Shown here piece after piece: positions 43,815-53,822 of a stretch of 53,822 nucleotides of DNA (its first letter is position 1; each line of letters opens with the position of its first letter). The stretch is from Chromera velia. Its lineage: Eukaryota. The notes under the pieces were generated by a model. The model did not search any database and had not been told where the DNA came from. It was given only the letters and a program-made list of their open reading frames with translations. Made by a program: the position numbers and the translations under genes. The stretch is taken from the NCBI GenBank assembly GCA_018398765.1, contig JAHBMJ010000215.1, forward strand, positions 1 to 53,822, in the 5' to 3' direction.

Positions 43815-46800
43815 ATGTGATTCTGTCCTGCTTCTGGGTGGGTACATGGGGGGGGGCTTGTTGGCTTGAGCGTCAAAGAAAGAGACTTGTTGCTTGAGTG
43901 CCAGTGGAATGAGGGCGTGAATGCATGCCCTCTTTCGCAAGACTGCAGCTTTTCGACGTCTCCCTGTCTGCTGCAGATTTTCTTTCGACCCCTTTCCCTG
44001 ACCGAACCTCATAAGAGATCTCAACTTCGAATTGAAGGGGACGGGCGAAACACCACACACCGCTTTCGCAGTAGTCTGTGAATTTCTTTCTGTCTGCGTA
44101 ACTAATCCTCTATCTAACCGCCGTGGGTGTGAACACCGAAAGTCGGACACAGCCGCCCACCGTTTTTTTGTCTGACTGCCTGCCTGACTGCAAGCCTCTA
44201 TAGGAGTGTCGAAGACAAGCAGCAGCGGAGTACACAGGCACAGGCAGGGCCGAAGAAGTCGCAGCAACAGAGAAACAAGTAAACGAGTCTGTACATGTAT
44301 TCCGCCTCCTCTTTGAATGTTACCTTCTCCCTGTCTCAACCGTTTCTTCTTCACGAATTGTCTGGGGCAACACAGGGAAGGAAAGCAAAAACAAAAAGTG
44401 GGAGGGAGAGGAGAATCAATGCTCTGCCCCCCTCCCTCATTTAGTTAAGGAAACTGCACGAACAGACAAGAGGAAGGTGACCGATCGACCTGCCAATGGA
44501 CAGGTGTACTGCCGGGCAGTCAGTCGGGTCGATCGAAAAGAAGAGAATGGCCGCCACGACAGGGTGGACGGGTGGGTATATACAGAAGGAAGAAAGGAAA
44601 GGCATCCAGTTAGAGGAAAGGACGGTGACCTTCCGGGTATATATAGACGGAAAGAGAGAGAGAGGGACAAGAGGACCAGTCACACACAGAGAAGGCAAGG
44701 GATGCGTGCGAGCAAGCATGACCCTTCCAAAGGCTTCACTCTGATTGATGAATCCCTGTCTGCCCGTCTCTCTGTCTGTTGTATAACACATGAAAAGAAG
44801 AAGAGAGGGGAAAGAAAGAGACATATCTGCCACTCTGTCTGTGATCACCCCCCCCTTCAACACGACAACAGGCTCGTGTATTGCCCCGAGAGAAAAATGT
44901 CATCATCTCTCTGGTGTTACATATTTCCTGGTTGGTCCGGCTTCTTCTCCTCTTCAAGCACTGCCTGAGCCTTTCTTCCTCACCATGCTAGCCTTGTTTC
45001 GTGTTTTCGAAGTATCGACGAAAAAGTTGCGTTTTTTTCTTGTTTGCCTGACTGTCTGTCTGTATGCTCATTCGGTAAACGCTTGCGTCTGAGTGGGTCA
45101 GAAAAGCCGTCCCCAGGAAGAAGGAAAGAAGAAGAAGAAGAGAATCAGCATGGGAAATGCTGTATGGTGAAAGAAGAGAGCCCCACCAAATCGCTTCAGG
45201 CATTCGTAAGAGACAGAAAGGGCGTGTTGTTTCACCGAGACCTCATTCAGGAGATACTGCGGACAGCGCCCACTTCCGCAAGGTCGAAGTGTTTTTTAAG
45301 GATTTTTTTCTATTCACTCCGTGCCTTTATCGTCTCCTCTCTGGTCTTCTTCCTTCATATCTTTTTTCTGGAAACAACGGAGGGCGGAAAGAAAGAAGTG
45401 CTCATTCTCGTATTAGCAGGCGGCGACAATCGCATGAGGAAAGAACAAGAGAGAGAGAGTGAGAGAGAGAGAGTGTGTCACGTGTGCATGACTGACTGAC
45501 TGACTGACTGACTGACTGGCTGCCTGCCTGCCTGCCTACCTGCCTGTCTGTCTGTCTGTCTGTCTGTTATATTTATTTGAGAGAGAGAGAGAGAGAGAGA
45601 GAGTAAGCAGCGAGGGGGGCCAGGCAACACATCGTTTTTCTTCCGTTGCTACTTCATCTCCCCCTTCCTCCCTTCTGTGTGCTTCCCTTTTCCTCTGTGC
45701 TCTTTCCTCAATTTTGGCCACTTTTGTCAATCTACGTGCCTACGTTTGTTGACCCTTAATTCTTTCTTGCGCACCCACCCTCCCACTACGTCTGTTTGTG
45801 AACAGTGGGCCCGTTTGTTTGCTTGTTTGTTTTCTGTCTGCCTGCCTGCCGCCTGCCTGCCTGCCTGCCTGCCGCCTGCCTGCCTGCCCTCCTGCCTGCC
45901 TGCCTGCCTGCCCGACTTCGTTTTTCTCCCCTTCGGTCTTGCTGGCCGCCCCATGGCACAGAGCTCAGATGTGCCTAGCTGTCGATTAGACGGGTGGGTG
46001 GGTGGATGGGTGAGAGGAACACACGGAGTCGCGCAGGGAACGCTTCAAGAGAAAGGAGGCGCTTTGCACTCGGAAGCCTGGCGTGAAAGAGAGAAAACCG
46101 AAAAATGAATGCCCCTCTTAGGGAAAGAAATGTTGGGGGGGAAATTGGGCCAGAAAAGAGAACACTGTGAAGGAAGAAGGTCAGATCAGATCACTGACAT
46201 GGCTGACATGAGGAGGATGGGGAAACACAGTTCAAGCGCATGGTGCGACGCAAGGAGGGCCTGCTCTCTGCCTTCCTTCCTTTCAAGGGGCTCATTTCTT
46301 TCCGTAGGTAGCCGTTGACGTGAGCACCCCTTCCGAGTAAGAGTGATTTGGTTTGTGCCCTGTCACCAAGCCTCTAAATTTGCATATGTCTAACATGCAA
46401 GCCAAATCAGCATATGTGTCTGTAGCTTGGAGATATGCTGAAGCATTCTTGCAAGGTTCTGTTTGTCCTCGCATAGTACTGGATAGATGGATGGAAAAGA
46501 GGTCATCATCAAATGACATGCAGGGGGCAAGAAAGAACAGAGGGGCGCTGGAAGGAGGCAAGCTGATTCGAATGTTCGTGGATCCGTAGGGTCTGCGAAC
46601 ATGCAAGAGTGCATGGTCTTTGGTCCATGATTTCCTTTTTTTTTGCGTACAGAAATGGGTGCAAATTGCATTTCCTTCTTGGAGTTTGTGTCATTCTTTC
46701 TCCTGTCCAAACCACCGTTCTTCTCCTACTTGTCTCTTCCTCCCTTTTCTCTCCTTCCCTTTTCTGGCTCGTTCTTTCGTCCGTTCGACTGAGATGGTCG

Positions 46801-47434
46801 ACCATGAGTTGTCCTCCGATCATTCTCGTTTGTGTGTCTGCTTGCATTTTCTTTCCTTTCTGTACCAACGTCACTTGTCCGTTTTGTGTCTTTCAGTTAA
46901 CATCAAAGGGGAGGAAGGAAAGACTTATTTCGAATGCCCCCCTCGAGAGAGATGGTACTACCTTCCTGCAGCGCTGGAATTAGTTGTCTCGAAGTGGGTG
47001 TGCATGGGTGGATGAGAAGGGGAAGAGGTGCAGGCAGGACGCTGCGATAAACGTAATCCATTCCTGCATTCTTTTCATTTCGTGTCTCTGGACATGTTCT
47101 CTTCTCTTCTGTTCTGACGACTGTCGGGTGAGAATCAACCTGGACGTGTGTGTCGCTTTCTTTCCCGTGGAGAAGGAAGAGCCAGTCAGATAGATACAAA
47201 CCGTCAGCAACCCACCCACCCTTGAGGATAGTTCAATGAGACAAGGCGTAGCTGATCGACTGGCTGACTGACTGACTGAATGACGGTCGCCAGTCAAAAC
47301 GGATCGGTGCACAGAAGACACACTGATCTTGTGTATCCGTGTGGCCGTGAGTGAGTGCGCAAGGGTGAAGTGTGAGTGTGAGCCCGGGCGTATGCGGGCC
47401 TGCGTTTTTACATTTCTCCGCAAGTAAGTAGCTG

Positions 47435-47622
47435 GGTGAGTGAGTGAGTGAATGAGTGAGTGAGTGAGTGAGTGAGTGAGTTAATGAGTTAATGAGTGAG
47501 TGAATGAGTGAGTGAGTGAATGAGTTAATGAGTGAGTGAGTGAATGAGTGAGTGAGTGAGTGAGTGAGTGAATTAGTGAGTGACTGAGTGAGTGAGTGAG
47601 TGAGTGAGTGAATGAGTGAATG
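47435..47622. repeat. (GAGT)n/(GAAT) microsatellite
   Basis: Read directly. Confidence 0.95.
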
Positions 47623-48366
47623 AGCAAAGGACCGAGGAGTTGGGGGGTGGTTCTTCTTTCTTCACTCCCTCCGGACATCCCTCCCAACGCCCCTCTCTTA
47701 CTCTTATGTGAGTCTCCTGTTTTCCCCTCCCATTTCTCCTTCCTGTCCTTTTTTTTTTGTTCCTTCCTCTTTTTCCTTCCTCACTTGCGTCCGTTGGTTT
47801 GTTTTTTGTCGCTGTCTCTCGTTCTTTATTTTCCATGCTCTCCGCGATCTCGTCCCCTTTCTTATCGTATGCCTTTTTTCGCAGCATTCTTTGATTCCTC
47901 CCGCCTTTCTTTCGTTTTGTTTCCTCCATTTGATCCCTTGCTTTCCACTCTTGCCCCCTTCCTTTCTGCCTGACTTACTTCCTTTCTTCGTTCTTTCGTC
48001 CGTTTGGCCGCCCCCCTGTCTACGCAGTGGGGTGTTTGGTCCCATGCACCATCATGCTACCATGTTGCACGACCATGTTTTGATACATGTTTTCGCTCTA
48101 CTGTTGTTCTCTTTGTATTTATACAAGATTTTCAAGTATTGCAATTCAGTCTAAGATCGCATCGTAGTAACGAGAGTTTAATACTGAAGTTATTCTCAGA
48201 AAAAAATGGGGTTCTTGTAAGCCAAAATGAATGGTATGGCAGATATGATAAAACTTTATTAAATTTGATACTAGGGGTGGTTTCGATATATATTTTTATA
48301 TTATATCATGGGCTGGGTGATATAAGTATATAATATAACCAAATAATATAAAATATATAATAATAA

Positions 48367-50437
48367 TTTGCGCACTCAGCGCTCTCTCGTTTTTTACTTT
48401 TTGTTTCGTTTAATTGTATGCATATCTTTACTTGCTGGCCTCCCTCCTGGAATGTGCTGCGTATCTGCCTTGTCCCTAAAGGCCCTGCCTCTCCTTTTCC
48501 CAATGAATGGAGGCCTATTCACATTGTCAACCCTTTCACAAAACTTTTTGGTTTGCTGATGGACGGCCGTGTGCGCTCTTAAGTTGAGCTTGACGTCAGG
48601 CAGTTAGGTTTCAGACAAGGGGTGGGAACGAGGGAAGGAGTAGGCGCGCTTGTCTCTGCCATTCTCTCCTCTAAAAAGAAAAAGAAAGCTCTGCTGGCAG
48701 GCTTTGTTGATTTCTCCAAAGCCTTCGACACTGTGGCACTGTGCTGAGAGGTAAGCTAATTCAGAAACTGAGAAGAGAAGGTGTGTGTGAGGCAGATGTG
48801 TGCATGATCTGTGAAATGTACAAGGAGGTCTGGGGAAAGGTAGACGGGGACTTTTTGCGTTTTCGGGAGGGCGCTAGGGTAAAGCAAGGTGATGCTCTCT
48901 CTCCCATTCTCTTTCTTATCTATATCAATGACCTTCCCCATGTGTGGTCAGTTAGTAAGAACAAGGGGGCCGTAGACAGAGAAGTAGAGGGAGCAGGATG
49001 GTCAGACAGCGGAATGGGGATGGGCAGCGATGAGGAGCCCGAGAGAGAGCCCGAACCTGTCGTCCTTGACAACTGTATCTTAGGTAGTCTGGGGTATGCG
49101 GATGATCTCTGTTTCCTTGCTCATTCCGTCTTGGATCTGTAAAAGAAGTTCTCAGCCTTGGAAGGGTATTGCAAGGAATGAGGATTGACTGTGAACTTAA
49201 AGAAAACAAAAATCTTGCGTCTGTCTGCCTTGGCTCTGGGGCAGTCTGCAGGTAGAGTCGTGTATGGTGGGAGGGAAGTTGAATGAACATCCGAATACAA
49301 ATATCTGGAGTATGTTTTCTTTGAAGGGGGGTACTTGAACAAGACAATTGAGTCCCGTATTGCTTCTGCTTCATGAGCTCTGGGAGGGGTAATTAGGTTG
49401 ATTGCGAGCATGGGCCCGCTCAGTATTGACGCGCAGGTAACAGTCTTTAGAGCCTGCTGGACCCCCGCAGCGCTCTACTGCCTTGAATGTCTACCAGTGC
49501 GGGATGTAGACCTGCTCACTCTTGATGCTTTGCAACTTCGGTTTGCCCGTTGGTGTGGTCATTTGTCTGCTCGCAGCCTCCGCCTGCCTTCTCTTTGCAT
49601 CCTTGGTCTTCTTCCCTGCAAAGCCTTTCTCTGCTTCCGCGTGGCTGACTGGTAGCACTCTCTTTCCATCATAACACTCACTCTTCCTGCAGCCATGTTG
49701 CATGCCTGGAAGAATAACTGCTACCAACAATTTACAAGGTCTATAGACAGGCGGCTTCGTTGGGCTGATTTGATTTCTGTCCGCTCGCTGAGGGTCGAGC
49801 CCGATCCGTCTTCCCAACGTGGGCAGAATAGTCGTAGGGCACAAGGCACCGGCTTACTTTTCTTCAAAGGCAAAGTGAGACAGACAGTTGCAAAGGAATG
49901 CATGAAGGCTTCTGAGGATGATGGGCAATCTTCCTCTCACTTTCCCCTCCTTGCTAGACTCACCCCTCTGCAGCGTGACTTCCCGCCTTCCCACCGTATG
50001 TTTGTCTTTCTCCTGTGCAGCAAGTCGTCCTCCGGTGTTCCTTCGTTCTTTGCCCTTCCCCATTCTGCCCTGTCGGTTATGGATGGCTCGATCTTTTCTT
50101 TTTTATGCATGCTAATATATAACCCGATGGGCGGGCAAGGTGGGCTGCCTGTTGGTTGCTCTGATAGAAAGCTGTGCACCTATGAAGCCTGCTGCCGGTG
50201 TATAGATAATTTTATTTATTGGCTCTCTATCTGCCCCCGATGGACTGCTGAACAAGGCTTTTTATAGTGGTTGGCATTAATTCAATCAGACCGCTTCACT
50301 CATTGTGACTCACCCTTTGCATCCGCCTCCTTTTCTGATCTGGGGGTTCGCAAGTTTATTATATCGCTCTTGCGCTCTCAACCTTCCCTCCTCTTTATGA
50401 TTTCTCATCATATTGTAGTAAATGATTGATTAGATTA
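48367..50437 (+). mobile_element. Decayed, 5'-truncated non-LTR retrotransposon; reverse transcriptase pseudogene
   Basis: RT motifs in order: FNCM...WPPSW...LVPKG...NEWRPIHIVNPFTKLF, QLGFRQG, FVDFSKAFDTV, VKQGDALSPILFLIYINDL, YADDL, GLTVNLKKTK, YKYLG. Seven internal stops, one 8-bp insertion, and a GATT-repeat end at ~50424-50437. Confidence 0.93.
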
Positions 50438-51054
50438 AGTTCAAATAACTATCGTCCACTTAGCTTGCAGCTGGCACAATTGAACAGACCCATGCATGTA
50501 TGCACCACCCGGGAGTTCTAACTCCACCTAGGGTTTGGCATGAATCAATCAATCAATCAAATCAGATCATTATCTATGGATAATTGTGAAAACTTATGAG
50601 TGCTAGCATGTGTGTCTTCATCTAGGATAATCACAGTGAGATTTTAACTAGGAATCAGTATCATGATGATCGTTTAGCTCTTTCAGCAGTCTTCTTTGTT
50701 TTGAATCTCTTGAATAACTCTTTTATGCGATGCACTATATTATACCCGTACTATTATTAAAGCTGTATTCAGTGGAGCGGTTACTGTAACTGCGAAGCAT
50801 ACAGCCGGTGCGGAGCAAGCTAGCTAAGCATATAGGTTCGCGTTTCAATTCTATAGTATGAAAGTATATGAAGTTAACTTATATTATATATTTATATTAT
50901 ATCTTTAAACTTGAGAAAATATAATATATACTGAAACCACGCCTAGATTTGATATCCACTTAATATTGGTCGTTATTATATCTCTTTCTCTAAGAGACTA
51001 GATCTGGGTAGCCTTCTCCTTGGCGATCTGCTCAAAATTAAGCGATCGATGCTA

Positions 51055-51398
51055 GGGGTAATTTTCAAAAAAAAAAAAAAAAGGTCTCCAAGCCAAATTT
51101 TTTTTTTTTTTTTGCTTTTCGATGATGACCTCCATTAAGATACGACAAGCATATGCAACACCTTGCAACACATAAGCAACAGTTATATACTAGGTTGTAT
51201 AACAGTGCAACAACATTCATTTATCATTATAACAAAGAAATAATAGTATAACAACACTTAAACAACACTTCTTAATTCATGCAACAGTCACAGCAACACA
51301 TCAATAACACTTAAACAACATATTTTTTAGTTTGACATCAGAAAAAAAAAAAAAAACAAAAAAGTGAAAATAACTTCTTTTTTTTTGAAAATTACCCC
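51055..51398. mobile_element. MITE, ~345 bp, TIR GGGGTAATTTTCAAAAAAAA, TSD TA (or CTAG)
   Basis: cta|GGGGTAATTTTCAAAA...TTTTGAAAATTACCCC|tag. The interior has many CAACA repeats. Confidence 0.85.
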
Positions 51399-51852
51399 TA
51401 GGATCGATATAAGTTTCAATTTACAAGCAAAATCTTAAGTATAATACTATATAATGATACTTATATATCTATATATAGTTTAATATTTAATTGGTGTGTC
51501 TCAAGAAAATATAAGAAAATGATGATGATGATGGATTCGGAGGATTAAATTCTAGACCCAGCGATGCCAGATCCTAAGCCATTAACAAAGTTTTGAGGAC
51601 AACCCAGAGCACACATTCAAGGGGGGGGAGGGCGGGAACTTTGCATATCCATCGGATTAAATCGGATTGATTCGACCCAGCTCGCTTGATCGACATAATG
51701 AACCTTCAAGTTCATTGAAACCAGCCCTAGAGCCAGCCAAGCACTCATTCCACACTGTCCAGTGTATAGAGCACTAGATAGAGTACAATCGATCGATTTG
51801 ATACATTTGACGAAGCCCCTAATCAACTTACTAAGTAAAGAACTGAATGTGT

Positions 51853-51906
<54 letters not shown>

Positions 51907-51918
51907 TCTGAGAGAGAC

Positions 51919-51953
<35 letters not shown>

Positions 51954-52289
51954 TAGAAAGAGAAAAAGAGAAAAAGAGAAAGTGAAGAGAAAGGTTCAGA
52001 AAGCGAAACAAAAGAGTGGTGAGACAGACCAAAACAACAGTGGCAATTAACTTGATCAAAGTAATGAATACAATAAATCAGTCTGATACCAGAACCATAA
52101 GGGTTCAAGTTTGTGCTCGCAATGTTCAACTGGATTGATGAGAATGAGACAGAAATGAAAGAAGACGTTTCGTTGAATTCATTCAAGAATTAAAAGAAAA
52201 GAAAAACGATGTGAGGAATAGAAGACAGAAAGAATTTAAAGAAGGAAAAGAAAGGGGAGAACAGAATGTAAAGATACTGATTCATAAAA

Positions 52290-52676
52290 ACTGAAAAGAA
52301 AGAACGGCTTGTATCAATAATAGTAGAAGGCATGCGGAAGCCCAATCATATCCAATCGCCCCTGACGTCATCTCACTAGCTCCTCACAAATCCTTCAAGT
52401 TTCATATGCTTCGAACACTGTGGCTTCTCAGGACTCTGGAGTGCCCTCCCCTCCCTCAACAATCAGGCGAGTGATTCGCCCTCCAGACCTGACACTTGCA
52501 TGAGCAGTGCATCCATACCCACTTACCAGGTGGTCCAATATATAGCAACTGCCGTCTCTTGCATAAGGAGCGGAGAAAGGGGGGAGCTGTCCCTCAGTGA
52601 GTTGAATTAAAGAAGACGCATCTTCTCCTTTGAACCCTGGCCACACGTATACAGGCTGGTTATATAAGAAAATCAT
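52290..52676 (-). pseudogene. Probable pseudogene fragment of unknown family with four in-frame TGA codons
   Basis: The frame reads MIFLYNQPVYVWPGF...GTPES*EATVFEAYET*RICEELVR*RQGRLDMIGLPHAFYYY*YKPFF. It lies between AT-rich islands. Confidence 0.45.
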
Positions 52677-52879
52677 GGTCTTCTCACGAACATCTTGCCT
52701 CTCCTCTTCCTTTTTCTTCTTCTTCTTCTTTTTTTTTTTTCTGTGTCTTCCGTTTGCTCCCCTCTGAGTCAGACTACTCAGGGCATTGTTCCTGTTTCTT
52801 CTTCCTGCTGTCCTTTGAAATGAAGCTTTTGATTTGAAGTGTTGATTAAAGCTAGGCTTGAGACAGCGTAGCGTACACA

Positions 52880-53530
52880 CGTAGTATCCTAGAAAATAAT
52901 TAGGAAAATAACAACTTTCCCTTGCCTAACGTTAGAAGTATGTAGCTAGCTGAGCCTAGCGCTGGATAGGGTCAGATCATAGGGATAACGATGGTGCGTT
53001 ATAGTCTAATAGACCACTGTCGCCGTTCAAGTTCAAAGTTCTCTAGGCGGCCTAGGCCCAGGCTGTTTTACGAGAAGACTGGCAGAAGTCATAAGAAGTC
53101 GTATAGAAAGTCGCCCGGCCTAGCGCCCGGCCCTTCAAATAGCAAACTATAACTAGCTCTAGACGCATACTAATAATGATACTACAAATGTATAGACAAA
53201 TGCCTATCATATTATGTGATTCATATAGTTTTAAGTCACATTGACTCATATTGAGAAACTCGGAAATTGAATCGGAATATGTTATGAATCAATTAATGCA
53301 ATCCAATCCAATTCAAAGTTTAATAGGACTGGTTTTGTAACTAGAAAATAGTAGAAAAAAATAATAAAAGTTAGTGAATCAATCGTTTCATGATAGTCAA
53401 CGCTAAACTATAGCTATAGAAGCTAGCTCTAATTAAGCAGCCTATATAACATTATATTATTTATATATAGCCACCCAAATTCACCCAAACCTAAAGTTTA
53501 CGATTGAAAGCTCAACAATGGTCTTTCACT
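52880..53530. other. AT/TpA-rich island
   Basis: Dense CTAG/TATA words and no credible ORF. Confidence 0.55.
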
Positions 53531-53822
53531 TTGGAAAACTGAAAAGAATCAGTGTAATCGGAAAGAATCATTCTGTGTCGGCACCACTGTCTGTATTACA
53601 GACTCTCTTTCTCTGTCGTGCAGAAGTGCTTAAAGTTTGCGTGACTCCCTCTGCGTTTTGCTTAATTTTTGTCAACTGAGTCAAATCTCTGCCCCTTTCT
53701 GTTCCAATTAATCTCTCTCTGTGAGCAAAGTGCGACTTGCAGATCTGTGTTTGAGGGAAAGGGAACGGGGGGAGGATGAGGGGAGAGACAGAGAGGGGGG
53801 GCGGGGGGGGGGGGGGGGGGGG

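Noticed and set aside
52290..52676. Plastid-derived insertion using UGA=Trp
   Set aside because: GC-balanced composition and no resemblance to a plastid gene I recognise.
53795..53822. Terminal G-run as telomere or G-quadruplex element
   Set aside because: Homopolymer at the window edge with no telomeric repeat unit; likely low-complexity or gap-edge sequence.

Overview
Eukaryotic nuclear DNA. The style (GC-balanced genes, microsatellite-packed introns, TGCATGCA motifs) suggests a chromerid/apicomplexan-related alveolate such as Chromera velia; this is inference, not verified. Seven host genes can be built by hand, six of them spliced: a 5'-partial single-pass membrane protein, MOCS2A/MoaD, a tandem PH-domain protein, a single-exon probable mitochondrial membrane protein, two CCCH zinc-finger proteins and one hypothetical protein. 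Splice phases are consistent except for frame lesions in three genes. The genes are separated by AT-rich, TpA-rich islands made of decayed transposons: several MITE/foldback elements, a 5'-truncated LINE with a ~58-bp target-site duplication, and a decayed LINE reverse transcriptase. The strongest unexplained signal is that the repeat pairs compared in these islands differ almost only by C<->T/G<->A transitions, in CpG and non-CpG contexts. This points to a RIP-like or dense-methylation-driven mutation system aimed at repeats. Most long ORFs in the ORF track are microsatellite artefacts.
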